The notes beneath the pieces were generated by a model. That model made no database searches. It was not told where the DNA came from and worked only from the letters and a program-made list of their open reading frames with translations. Positions 1 to 13,130 of a stretch of DNA of 64,000 nucleotides are shown here, one piece after another. The DNA comes from Pristiophorus japonicus (Eukaryota). Position numbers and translations under genes: made by a program. Numbering within the stretch: position 1 is the stretch's first letter; every line of letters starts with the position of its first letter. The stretch lies in the NCBI RefSeq assembly GCF_044704955.1, contig NC_091994.1, positions 23,312,001 to 23,376,000 on the forward strand, given 5' to 3'.

Positions 1-750
1 CCTTGGGAGCCTACTGTCAACAAGGACAGACGTCGATGACCAAGTCCAACACCGCCTTCAATGCGCCAGTGCAGCCTTCGGTCGCCTGAGGAAGTGTTTT
101 TTTTTGAAGACCAGGACCTCAAACCTGGCACCAAGCTTATGGTTTACAAAGCAGTAATGATACCCGCCCTCCTATATGCTTCAGAGACATGGACCATGTA
201 CAGCAGGCACCTCAAAGCACTGGAGAAGTATAACCAATGCTGCCTCTGCAAGATTCTACAAATCCATTGGCAGGATAGGCACACCAACGTCCGCATTCTC
301 GCTCAGGCCAACATCCCCAGCATCAAAGCATTGACCATGCCCGATACGACACTACCAAATCAAGCGCTCTACTCGGAGCTCCGACACGGCTAGCGAGCCC
401 CAGATGGTTAGAGGAAACGCTTCAAGGGCACCCTCAAAGCCTCCTTGGAAAAAGTGCAACATCCCCACCGACACCTGGGGATCCCTGGCCCAAGATCGCT
501 CAAAGTGGACGAGAAGCATCCGGGAAGGCGGTGAGCACCTCCGGTCTTTTCGCCGGGCGGAAGCCAAGTGCAAACAGCGGAAGGAGCACAAGGCAACCCA
601 AGCACCCCACCCACCTGTCCCTTCAACCACCGTCTGCTCCATCTGTGACAGAGACTATCGGTCCCACATTGGACTCTCCCCCTGAGAACTCTTATAGTGT
701 GGGACCAAGTCATCCTCGACTCCAAGGGACTGCCCAAGAAGAGGAGGAGG
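1..750 (+). mobile_element. RTE-clade (BovB-like) LINE, 3' end, degenerate
   Basis: YKAVMIPALLYASETWT..HLKALEK...CLCKILQIHWQD..TN..L.QANIPSI; C-terminal CxxC..H motif (CSICDRDYRSHIGL); ends in a (gaa/gag) microsatellite tail. Confidence 0.8.
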
Positions 751-765
751 AACTGGTCTTTCAGC

Positions 766-887
766 TCATTGATGTTTGTGACATTGTGCTCTCCATAAAC
801 TAGCTGCTGCAATTGCCTACATTACAGCAGTTACTACACTTCAAAAGTACTTCATTGACTGTAAAAATGCTTGGGACGTTCTGAGGA
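766..887 (+). mobile_element. Deu-SINE/L2-type 3' tail fragment
   Basis: cattacagcagttactacacttcaaaagtacttcattgactgtaaa matches the tail of the full SINE at 31280-31330. Confidence 0.65.
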
Positions 888-3466
888 TTTTTTTACCTTG
901 TACCGCAATAAATGTGCCTTATGGTGCTAAACACAGATCAACATTAGATTGAGTCTAATATGCTGAAAAACTGAATGCTCAGGTGAGAGTCAGCATGAGT
1001 TAAGAGGGAAACTTGGACACCGTTTATAGCAATTTGGAAATGGTTTGTATGGTATTTGAGTATTATCATGGTACCTGTTGGCACTAATGAAGTAATTTAA
1101 AAAATATATTTGGTCATATTAACCTTATGAAGTGACTGCAGAATCACTGACCTTTTATTTGCTAATTTTCTCCTGTTGTCTTTAAGGGGTCTAAGATGCT
1201 CTTTGGTAGCTCTTGCACGTGACCATTTTACATGGGGGGAGTTGATGGTGAGCAGGCTATTTAACTGTAGGTGGCATTGCATCCAAGCATGGACCTGTTC
1301 TCGCCTGATATCCACAATAGGCATATTTTAATAGTGATCATTGCATAAGCCAAGAACGGAGCCCAGATTGATTTTCCACCCCCACCCTAGAGCAGGGGTG
1401 CCCCTATTGCCATCTCAATAGACATGGTAAACTCTGCACATGAAGAGAATCGAACCTCACTTGTTTGCCTAGGTTGCAAGCTGCCTTTACCTTTGCACAA
1501 GTTGCATCGAGATATTTTTGACTTGAGCAGAGTTCAACTCCCCATGGTACCTCAACTGGGATTTGCAGTTGGGAGTTGGTACATCATTAGAAATTGTTGC
1601 AGTGTTGTGTGTGCTGTAAATATGCTGTTTTCAGGACTGATTTGAGTAGAAGCTAATTTTACTCCTCTGTGAGGAGCACCCTGGAAGAAGTCCATTGGGA
1701 GCAGCAGGGGATGTGAATTCAGACCATTGACCCCAGGAAACCACTCTACATGCTGGGGATTTAGAGCAATTCCAGTACAGGAGCTGTTGTTTTTGAACTG
1801 AGCACAATTTATCTCGACTCCCTTTTAATTTAAATCTCAGAAGTTCCCCACAGGTCAGTGGAATAGTGTAAGTAATTATGTGCATTCGAACAATGCACAA
1901 AATTATGAAGGTACCTTGAAGACTAAATCATCACTGAGGCATATGCTCTCTCCTCATACACTGAGGTGTTTTTAGGGGATGGTCTAATGAGACATTAGCA
2001 GCTGCGTAACCCTGGGATCTCTGATACTACAAGCATATTATCTTCAGAAACCGTGGTCCCTTGTCGGTGGTGCACATTGCAAACGAGTGGTGAAATGAAT
2101 GGTATTCTGCTAAGTTAAATGCTAAGACATGAACAAGTATCTTTTATTCCTGTTGAGCGACCAGAATTATGGTAATTAAATGTTTGTCCATTTGCAGATC
2201 TAATTTTAGACATTGGAATCGAATAGCACATGGCCTTGTACTGTAGGTAGATAATGCTTAAGATACTTGATGTGAACAGCAAATGTACAAGTATTTCAGA
2301 ACATGTTTTGCCGTGTGCAGTACAAGTTTGTGCTTTTCTATTCCAGTACTGTATAGATACTTGCACTATACAGAAAATATTATGTTTGCCTCTATTTTAA
2401 TGTAGCCACAAGGAATTTTGCTGTTTAGCTTAAAAACTGGTGCATGAGATAAAATGCTTGGTGCAGCATGGTAAAATATAATTCAGCTATTGATGAGTTA
2501 AAGTCATGCTAGCAATTACCTTTTATTAATGAGTATTTTGTAGTGTACAGGGTTGTATATTGCTCTGTACAGTACAACGGCATCAGATTGTTGCTTCATA
2601 ACTTGTTTACTTCGAGCACACTATTAAATTAAGCAATGTATTTTTCCTTCCATGTTCAGTATTACTAATACTAATTGCAGGGCTATGGGGAAAGGGAAAT
2701 GACTGAGTTGGTGGGCCGAATGCCGCCCTTCCGTGCTGTAATCATTCTATGATTCTATGATTAGTTATTTAGGAAACAATTGTAAAACATTAATTGATGT
2801 GGCGCACGGAGTGTGATATTATTAAGCATGCAGTGTAGGTGTGCAGCATTAGGTTTTGAGTGCCTGCCATTCAAGTCATGAAGATCATGCTGTGGGAATG
2901 AAACATTTTCTTGTCCAAAACATATGGGCCGTATTTTCCATTAAAAATGTATTTTCATCTGACCCTTGCTGGAAAATGCACGTGAATGTCAAGTGGGTAC
3001 AAGATTCATCTTTGCTGTGAGGCTGCCTTCCCCCTTTACCTGCTTTCCACAGTGAATCTACAAATGAAAAATTATCTTGAGACAGTATACCAGAAAGCTG
3101 GCATTACCTGCAGAGCCATACTGCAATGCAAGTCCCTAACTTTAGGAGAAAAATGGAACAGAGATCAGAGTTGATTTCGCTCCCCAAACTCCAAGGTGCT
3201 GAGGCCAATAATAGGATCTGTACTATTGTGCAAGCTGACATCTTCTGACTCGGTATGGATCAGAGATTAAAAGTGTGCTCATCTTGGTCTATTTGGCTCA
3301 GTACGACACTACAATTTGCAATGCGAGGGCATACAATCTTTGTGACTACAGGAATTCTGGATCACTTTTAGTTTGCTAAACTAAATCATTTATTTAGGTG
3401 AATGCAATTTGCAATATCTTGACATTCCTGAGGGCACATCTACACTCTTGGGTCTATTTTCCAGCA

Positions 3467-3551
3467 CAAAAGTCCCAGGAAATTATGATGTAGTGTGAAT
3501 AATGACATCATTGAGGTATTCACACTGCACCATAATTTCCTGGGACTTTTG
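3467..3551. repeat. Near-perfect hairpin, 35-bp arms, 15-nt loop
   Basis: 3467-3501 matches the reverse complement of 3517-3551 at 33/35 positions. Confidence 0.9.
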
Positions 3552-4366
3552 CACCAATACCTTTGCCAAAAGAATGAAAAGTTAATAATCACAGCTTCGC
3601 TCCCATGGTCAAGTCAACGGCGATTGTGAATTTCCTGGATTTACATTCGTTTTCTCACCACAGCCACTTAGACTGAAATAATAGTGCAGGTGGGCCCTTG
3701 GTCTTCTGGTATCGTTGTCAATACCAAGTCCAAAATTTCTAATTTACGGCCCTCTTTGTTACAGGGTTCTTTTAAGTAATTACACTTGTGTGAATTTAAG
3801 GGGAACTGTTGCTATTTTAGATGGAGAGATCCTGGAAGAGCTATATGAAAGCAACACCATAACCTTTTCCAACACCATGTATGTATGTATGTATTTGTGT
3901 GTTATGCTTCTGGAAAGCTATGCCAGTGGCTTTCCAAATTTGAAGATACTTTTTTTTATTTAAAAAGGAAACTTTTCAAAGATGTAAACATGATGCAAAT
4001 ACATATCGAGTAATATTGTAGCTTGGATAACTCGAGACTACAATAAATGTGGCGACTATCTTGCAACATTTCTTAGATCAAATCTAGAAGTTGTTCAGTC
4101 AGTGCACCGCATCTGCTGAGCTTCCAAATGAAACTATATCCAACCATAGGTTTTCTTTAAGTTTCTGATTTAATTTTCTGGCAGCAGAAGCTGTCTGCCA
4201 TTTTTCAATGTGATACTGCAATTTGTCTGTTTTAGAATATATTTGGTTATTCACATTCCTATTGCAACACGGTTTCATTTGCTGATTTGTACATATGCAG
4301 ATCATGTTCAGCAACAAAATGATTGGCAGGTGAAGTGCTGATGTGGCAGCCTTTTTAAAAAGGACT

Positions 4367-4468
4367 GAAAGGCTTGCATTTATATAGCGCCTTTCATGAC
4401 CACCGGATGTCCCAAAGCACTTTACAGCCAACGGAGTACTTTTTGAAATGTAGTCACTGTTGTAAAGT
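4367..4468 (-). mobile_element. Deu-SINE 3' tail fragment
   Basis: Reverse complement of the 31280-31380 SINE tail (cttgcatttatatagcgcctttcatgaccac...). Confidence 0.75.
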
Positions 4469-5027
4469 AGGGAAGGAAGCTGTTGTGCTAGGCTGTGGTG
4501 ATAAATCACTCTGGATTGAAATTTGGCAGTGATAGTTAATGATAGTTACATGTTAGTCCTTACCAGAAAATCATCGATATGAAAATCTGCTGCTGGTGAA
4601 AATTAGTGGAACATTATTTACTTTCTAGTTGTGGGAATATATCTATATCCTGCAATAGGATTGTTGACTTTAAAGTTTATTTTACTGTAGTTATTGTCAA
4701 AAACCATTGCAATGCACAGCAATCTGTTATTTTCTTGCGTTGAAGCCGACCAACAAAAAGAATATAAATGGTGTACTTAACAGTTTAATTGGGACCTGGC
4801 ATGAACAAAAACTGTTGAGGAACTAAAAGTTGGTTAGGAAAGTCCCTTTAATAAATGATGTGGGCAGTCTTCAAAAATGGATACATTTAAGTTTAAGTTT
4901 GTATCAGAGAGTGAAGATTGCTCTGCTTTAAATAAACCTGGTTTCAGATCAAGACACTCTCATGCCTTTGTTTGTTTGTTTGTAGCTGCAGTAATAATAG
5001 CCGAACACTGCACTGTCTGAGAATATG

Positions 5028-5684
5028 AGATCATTGTAAAACACAGTGAATGTTTAGTAATTATATGGTTGTAACACTGGTTTTTCCCCTTTTTGGTTTA
5101 TATATTTTTCACCTCTGTTGTAGGGGTTGCTTTGTCGTGCACTATTTCTGTGCCGACAATGGGCGAGCAAAATACTCCCAAGCCTTTTATCAATGGTGGT
5201 TTTGAAGCAGCTGTTGGAATATTTGTCTGGGTGCCCCTCCCATTAGATTGTAACTTTTTGTTTCTGCTCTGCCTCTCTGGAATCTTCTAGCAGCATCTCC
5301 CTCCAGAGGCAGATAGACAGACCAGGAACTTCGGCAAATTATTGGGCGGGGGAGGAAAGGAAGGCTTATAGGTAGAGAAAGCACGCAACTCTTTAAATTA
5401 CACTGCACCACTATTGCACTGAGCTGAAGTAAATGCAGTCAACAAGTTTGAAGCTATTGTTTATGATTCCCGCCCAGCTACATTTTCGAAGCACATTTTG
5501 CTGCCTATCTGATTGGCAGAGCCTGAGCCAGTAGTTTAGTTAATGACCAGTTTACAACAGAGGTGAAAAATATATAAACCAAAAGGGGAAAAACCAGTGT
5601 TACAATCATATAACTACTAAACATTCACTAAAATAATGTTTTACAATGATCTTCGCCTGAGCCAATAGTTTAGTTAATGACCAG
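5028..5684. repeat. ~95-bp inverted duplication (5028-5122 / 5553-5652), the second copy bracketed by a 30-bp direct repeat (5521-5550 / 5655-5684)
   Basis: Direct sequence comparison; the direct repeat gcctgagcca(g/a)tagtttagttaatgaccag has 1 mismatch. Confidence 0.88.
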
Positions 5685-6054
5685 CTCAGTTTAAGTGATT
5701 ACATTTGATTCTGACTTTAGGAGGACTATTGCCATCAGTTTCCTATTTTCTGCATACCACTCATTCTAATTTAAGTTATTTGATAGTATTTTTGCATTGT
5801 TAAGGAAGTACTTGGAGAGTCAAGAAAAGGAACAAAAGAAATTGAAATAGTTGATACCTTACCATGTGCAAGTGTACTTTTTGTCAACCAAGCTTTGGAT
5901 TAATTTTGATTTCAATAGTTTATATTTGTGCTACTGGTTGTAGAAACCTTGAAAGGAAAAAAAAAACTATGTGTAGGAGATTAATTAATTTTTGTAGATC
6001 CATTTGAACCTTTTACTTAATATTTACAGTGCTCTAATGTCTGTCTTTCTTTAG

Positions 6055-7949
6055 AACATGGTTATGATCCTTATAATCCCGAGCTTCCTAAGGGTTCATC
6101 CAGAAATGGAGATGGGACGTCCGATGACCTTACAGAGTCCAGCACCAGTACGCTGGAGTTGGAGCTGGTCAACAAAGCCATTGAGGCTGTCAAGAATGAG
6201 GTTGAACGAGAGCAGAAAAAGCTGTCCAGATATGAGGATTTTCTGGATGCTGAGGAGGAGTATGTCCCTTCGCCACCATCTACACAGAAGGCCATTAGCA
6301 AGACCAAGAGCTGTCCGGAGCTTTTACCGAATCAGGATAAGTTGACAAACTCTTTAGAATATAATCCAGATAGTTACCACTTAACTAGTAGTGTAGAGTA
6401 CACCCCTACTCCACTTTCAGTTACTGCTTGTTCCAGTAAATATACTTTGGATACAGATGATGAAGCTGATGCAAAGGGTAATTCATTAAAATATGTCCCA
6501 ACGCTTGTGACTAAGCCAGTCAAATATACTACCTCTGTACCCAGTAATAAATATGTGATTGACAACACCAAGCCATGCACCGATTTAGAGTATGATCCTT
6601 TGTTGAACTATTCAGCACGGCTGATGAGCAAAAAAAAGTCAAAGGAACATGGGACCAAGAGGCCCAGAGAGAACAGCTACGAGGAGCCTTATATACCTAC
6701 AGCAAAGAAGCGATGCCATCGCGTGAATTCCAGCACCTATGATGTGGACATGGAGTTTCCAGACTCTGGAGATGAACTTAGTAATAACTATCGACAAAGT
6801 CGTGGGGGCACTTCAAAGTTTCGAAATGCAGTGTTTGGTGAGAATAAGTCAGACGAAGGATTGTCTCTAAAGGCAAAAGACTTGAATAAGCGGTCTATGA
6901 AAGAGATTGCAGTTCAGTATGATGTCGAAGATGTTTGCAGTTTTGAGAGCAAACAACAAGAAAATCGAGGGAAACACAAGTTAAAATCCACTAGTCATTC
7001 ATCCAAGATTTCAAAATGCAGCAAGGAAGAACTTAAAGAACGAGACTGTAAAGAGAAAAAGGACAAAAGTAGTGACTTAGATGGTTCAAAGATGAAGGCG
7101 AGAAAGGGCAAAATGGACAGCACTAAAAGCAAGTCTCCCCACCACACAGAGAAAGCTAGTAAAAAGGGGAAAATAAAATGCGGAAAGGAAAGACTACAAA
7201 TTAAGCGAGAGAAACAAGGAGTGAAGTTGGAAAACAAGGAAAAGAATGGTGATAACTCAATCGTTGAAAAGAAATACAAAGGGGGTGAGAAAAATGAGAT
7301 CAAAGAAGAAAAGCAAAAGATTAAAAGTGATGGAAATTCTAGTAGAAAGATGGAAAAAGCAAAAATAAGCAAATTGGATGGGGTAAAAAATGAAAACCGA
7401 TCAAAGTCTAGATCAAACAATTCATCGGATAGTGTAGGAAAAACCAAATGTCATGAAGTTAAGATCATAAGTACCCAGAAATCTGACACACATAATTCAA
7501 AATCGAAAACACTGATGCATAGAAATGGGGCTCATGTAGGCAGTAAAAGGAAAGATAAAGAGATCAAGGAGTCAAAATCTGTGAAAGATAAAGCAAAACA
7601 TCCAGAAAAACAAAAAGAAAAGGCAAGCTTAACAAAGCGATCACTCAGTCACACAGACTTGTTTGGTGATGACAGTAGTGGTGATGAAGGCAGCAGTAAA
7701 CCTGTCGCTGCTGTGACCTATGAGTCGGACTCCGACTCTGATAGAGACTCCTATATCAGCAGTGGATCTAGCAATGATGAAATTAGGGGAAAAGTTGAAC
7801 AAATGGCTTTCTCTTCAGAGGACGAGATAGATTTCCCTGGTCTCGAAAAAGATTTTGAATTTGAATCTGATCCAATGGAGGAATGTCTGAGGATTTTCAA
7901 TGAATCTAAAGAAGTAAAGAATGAAGATAAGGGCAGAGTTTCGAAGCAG
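6055..7949 (+). CDS. REXO1: REXO1 large coding exon (exon 2 equivalent): N-terminal/EloA-binding region plus Lys-rich low-complexity region
   Basis: Acceptor tctttctttAG at 6053-54 and donor CAG|GTAAGA at 7950. The translation has REXO1 motifs GYDPYNPELPK, LELELVNKAIEAV, KYVIDNTKPCTDLEYDPLLNYSAR, KRSLSHTDLFGD and DPMEECLRIFNES..VKNEDKGR. Phase 1 in, phase 0 out. Confidence 0.93.
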
Positions 7950-9057
7950 GTAAGATTTTACTTGTGTTCTTTGAAATATTTCATTTTATTGAAGCCAAGT
8001 TCTGAGTTTTTCGATTTTGTTTTTAACGTGGGCAACTTTCACTTTCCCCTGATCTCCTTGTGTTTTGCGCCATCTATGTCTGAGAACACATATGAAGCAG
8101 CTCTGGAGTATCTATCGTTGCCTCTGTAGTGTCATTGGCTATATGTGAGCGTGACCAGGTCCAGATTTTTTTTCGACTGATGTTTTCCATGTGGGGATTC
8201 CTGTGGTCCTTCTCAGTGCTTTACATGTGATGTGACTGAGATGCTAGCATTGTGTGGCACAATGTTGATACTCCAGCATACTGCACCACTACTTTTCTTG
8301 AGATTCAATCAATTTTCTTTCTTTCCTTCCTTCCATACTAAAAGTGGTATGTCTGTCATTCTTCTCTGCCATAAACTTTTTGTTACACCTCAAAGGAGAG
8401 TACTAATGGATGCAAAGGTTGTCTGTAATCTCTTGCTTGACCTCCAGGAACCCACAATTAGACTTTAACTGCAGTGCATCCTCAGATTTACCATGAGCAA
8501 CATTGCAGGAACTTCGAATAGTAATTATTATAGAAACCTTGCATATGGGTGTCCTTCCCGTCTCCCAGATTTTCACACAACCAAATTTATTGTGATTCAT
8601 TCATATGCAGTTTTTTTTAACAAGGCGGCAAACCAGTCAAGTCACTCAAATACTTCAGAATGTTCAATCTGCTTTTTCCCCTCTTAACTGCAGACTTCAA
8701 CAAATTAAAAATGGCATTTTTTGTTAAATTAGGAAGAAAAAGCTTACAGTATTTCAGCTTACCCATAATATTTCCCAATTTTGGTTGAGTTGATTGAATC
8801 TGTTTCCCCTGAGATCGAACTCTTTCAGAAGAATGGGCTGAAGTTTGGCTTGCAGATGTCCGGAGCAAAGCCCCTTCTCTCTCCACCTCCCCTCACCAGT
8901 GCTCAATCCAGGACCATTCTCCCAGTGTCGTCATACTCCAAGGCATTTTTCCTCAGCACTGCCAAACAACAGGAACAAATCTCCACCAGTTCTCTGAAAG
9001 CTCACGAAAACTCCAGTACTGCTTAGCGTCTCGAGCCTCCAACACACAAGTACAAAT

Positions 9058-12000
9058 CCACCGCTTTGGGTACTGTTGGGGGTGGGGGGGGAAAGACTTA
9101 CCAGGGGAGGGCAGCAGCAGCCAAGTTCAAGGCACCATGGCTGGCTCTGCTGCACAGGAGGGCAGGAAAGAGTGGGAGAGCAATAGTCATAGGGGATTTA
9201 ATTGTAAGGGGAATAGATAGGCGTTTCTGCGGCTATAACCGAGACTCCAGGATGGTATGTTGCCTCCCTGGTGCAAGGGTCAAGGATGTCTCGGAACGGG
9301 TGCAGGACATTCTGAAAAGGGAGAGTGAACAGCCAGTTGTCGTAGTGCACATTGGTACCAACGATATAGGTAAAAAACGGGATGAGGTCCTACGAGATGA
9401 ATTTAAGGAGCTTGGAGCTAAATTAAAAAGTAGGACCTCAAAAGTAGTCATCTCGGGATTGCTACCAGTACCACATGCACAGAGTAGGAATCGCAGGATA
9501 GCTTAGATGAATACATGGCTTGAGCAGTGGTGCAGCAGGAGAGATTCAAATTCCTGGGGCATTGGGGGAGGTGGGACCAGTACAAACCGGACGGTCTGCA
9601 CCTGGGCAGGACCGGAACCAATGTCCTAGGGGGAGTGTTTGCTAGTGCTGTTGGGGAGTTAAACTAATATGACAGGAGGGTGGGAACTAATGCAGGGAGA
9701 CAGAGGGAAACAAAATGGAGACAGAAGCAAAAGACAGAAAGGCGATGAGTAAAAGTGGAGGGCAGAGAAACCCAAGGCAAAAAACTAAAAAGGGCCATTT
9801 TACAGCAAAATTCTAAAGGGTCAAAGTGTAATAAAAAGGCAAGCCTGAAAGCGCTGTGCCTCAATGCGAGGAATATTTGGAATAAGGTGGACGAATTAAC
9901 TGTGCAGATTGCAGATAACGGATACGATGTGGTTGGCATCACGGAGACATGGCTCCAGGGTGACTAAGGCTGGGAACTCAACATCCAAGGGTATTCAACA
10001 TTTAGAAAAGATAGACAGAAAGGAAAGGGAGGCGGGGTGGTGTTGCTGGTTAAAGAGGCAATTAATGCAATTGTAAGAAAGGACATTAGCTTGGATGATG
10101 TGGAATCTGTATGGGTGGAGCTACGGAATACCACAGGGCAGCAAACGCTTGTGGGAGTTGTGTACAGATCTCCACAGTAGTAGTGATGTTGGGGAGGGCA
10201 TCAAACAGGAAATTAGGGGTGCATGCAATAAAGGTGCAGCAGTTATCATGGGTGACTTTAATATGCATATAGATTGGGCTAATCAAACTGGAAACAATAC
10301 GGTGGAGGAGGATTTCCTGGAGTGCATAAGGGATGGTTTTCTAGACCAATATGTCAAGGAACCAACTAGGGGGTGGCCATCTTAGACTGGGTGTTGTGTA
10401 ATGAGAGAGGATTAATTAACAATCTTGTTGAGCGAGGCCCCTTGGGGAAGAGTGACCATAATATGGTGGAATTCTACATTAGGATGGAGAAGGAAACAGT
10501 TAATTCAGAGACCATGGTCCAGAACTTAAAGAAGGGTAACTTTGAAGGTATGAGGCGTGGATTGACGAATGATACTTAAGGGGTTGACAGTGGATGGGCA
10601 ATGGCAGACATTTAGAGACCGCATGGATGAACTACAACAATTGTACATCCCTGTCTGGCATAAAAATAAAAAAGGGAAGGTGGCTCAACTGTGGCTGTCA
10701 AGGGAAATCAGGGATAATATTAAAGCCAAGGAAGTGGCATACAAATTGGCCAGAAATAGCAGCGAACCAGGGACTGGGAGAAATTTAGAACTCAGCAGAG
10801 GAGGACAAAGTGTTTGATTAGGGCAGGGAAAATAGAGTACGAGAGGAAGCTTGCAGGGAACATTAAAATGGACTGCAAAAGCTTCTATAGATATGTAAAG
10901 AGAAAAAGGTTAGTGAAGACAAATGTAGATCCCCTGCAGTCAGAATCAGGGGAAGTCATAACTAGGAACAAAGAAATGGCAGACCAATTGAACAAGTACT
11001 TTGGTTCGGTATTCACGAAGAAGGACACAAACAACCTTCCGGATATAAAAGGGGTCAGAGGGTCTAAGAAGGAGGAATTGAGGGAAATCTTTATTAGTCG
11101 GGAAATTGTGTTGGGGAAATTGATGGGATTGAAGGCCGATAAATCCCCAGGGCCTGATGGACTGCATCCCAGAGTACTTAAGGAGGTGGCCTTGGAAATA
11201 GCGGATGCATTGACCGTCATTTTCCAACATTCCATAGACTCTGGATCAGTTCCTATGAAGTGGAGGGTAGCCAATGTAACCCCACTTTTTAAAAAAGGAG
11301 GGAGAGAAAACAGGGAATTATAGACCGGTCAGCCTGACATCGGTAGTGGGTAAAATGATGGAATCAATTATTGAGGATGTCATAGCAGCGCATTTGGAAA
11401 GAGGTGACACGATAGGTCCAAGTCAGCATGGATTTGTGAAAGGGAAATCATGCTTGACAAATCTTCTGGAATTTTTTGAGGATGTTTCCAGTAGAGTGGA
11501 CAAGGGAGAACCAGTTGATGTGGCGTATTTGGACTTTCAGAAGGCTTTCGACAAAGTCCCACACAAGAGATTAGTGTGCAAAGTTAAAGCACATGGGATT
11601 GGGGCTAATGTGCTGATGTGGTTGGCAGACAGGAAGCAAAGAGTAGGAGTAAATGGGTACTTTTCAGAATGGCAGGCAGTGTCTAGTGGGGTACTGCAAG
11701 GTTCTGTGCTGGGGCCCCAGCTGTTTACATTCTACATTAATGATTTAGACGAGGGGATTAAATGTAGTATCTCCAAATTTGTGGATGACACTAATTTGGG
11801 TGGCAGTGTGAGCTGCGAGGAAGATGCTATGAGGCTGCAGAGTGACTTGGATAGGTTAGGTGAGTAGGCAAATGCATGGCAGATGAAGTATAATGTGGAT
11901 AAATGTGAGGTTGTCCACTTTGGTTGTCAAAACAGAGAGACAGACTATTATCTGAATAGTGACAGAGTAGGAAAAGGGGAGGTGAAACGAGACCTGGGTG

Positions 12001-12716
12001 TCATGGTACATCAGTCATTGAAGGTTGGCATGCAGGTACAGCAGGCAGTTAAGAAAGCAAATGGCATGTTGGCCTTCATAGCGAGGGCATTTGAGTATAG
12101 GAGCAGGGCGGTATTACTACAGTTGTACAGGGCCTTGGCCTTGGTGAGGCCACACCTGGAGTATTGTGTACAGTTTTGGTCTCCTAACTTGAGGAAGGAC
12201 ATTCTTGCTATTGAGGGAGTGCAGTGAAGGTTCACCAGACTGATTCCTGGGATGGTGGGACTGACCTATCAAAGACTGGATCAACTGGGCTTGTATTCAC
12301 TGGAGTTCAGAAGAATGAGAGGGGATCTCATAAACGTTTAAAATTCTGACGGGTTTAGACAGGTTAGATGCAGGGACATTGTTCCCAATGTTGAAGTCCA
12401 GAACCAGGGGGTCACAGTCTAAGGATAAGGGGTAAGCCATTTAGGACCGAGATGAGGAGAAACTTCTTCACCCAGAGAGTGGTGAACCTGTGGAATTATC
12501 TACCACAGAAAGTTGTTGAGGCCAATTAACTAAATATATTCAAAAAGGAGTTAGATGTAGTCCTTGCTACTAGGGGGATCAAGGGGTATGGTGAGAAAGC
12601 AGGAATGGGGGTACTGAAGTTGCATGTTCAGCCATGAACTCATTGAATGGCAGTGCAGGCTCAAAAGGCCCAATGGCCTACTCCTGCACCTATTTTCTAT
12701 GTTTCTATGTGTCTAT
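9058..12716 (+). mobile_element. Near-full-length CR1 LINE: ORF1 SGNH-esterase part, then ORF2 APE endonuclease and RT; frameshifted and stop-containing
   Basis: ORF1: IGD(L)IVRG, CCLPGARV, VVVHIGTND, DGLH. ORF2: [75 protein letters not shown]. 3' tail of ctatgttt repeats. Confidence 0.93.
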
Positions 12717-13130
12717 ATCATGTAATAATGCCGTTTGACTTACTCAGTTATTGCAAAATTGTGGTTCTAGTAATACATTAAGTAACATTGCATATATACA
12801 GGATAAAACATCCCCCAACTTACCATGAGTATATATATATATATATATAGTAAATCTTATTTCCTGCATCAACATTCTCAGTCAACATTTATAGTAAAAC
12901 TGTATGTAAGCATGAACATTTCATTGTTGTAGTTAAAAAAAAATCATTCTAGTTTCGTCTCTAACCAAACATTCTAATGTCAAAAATATGATTTTGGCAA
13001 CAAATTCAAAAAATATTTTACAATAACAAGATTACATTTATTTATTTTGTCTTTAAAATCTTTAAAGTTTTTACTTGAAGGAGTTGGCCTTTCCTAGAAG
13101 TTTGGACTTGATATTGTTGCCAAGAACATT

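Noticed and set aside
6995-7447. Hydrophobic Phe/Leu/Ser-rich minus-strand ORF (150 aa)
   Set aside because: It is the antisense shadow of the A-rich Lys/Glu codons of exon 2.
7950-8129. C-terminal 59 aa of the 656-aa ORF (6159-8129) as a stand-alone protein
   Set aside because: REXO1 similarity stops at a consensus donor (CAG|GTAAGA, 7950) and resumes at 19694, so the tail is intron read-through. The ORF's TTG start is also internal to the exon.
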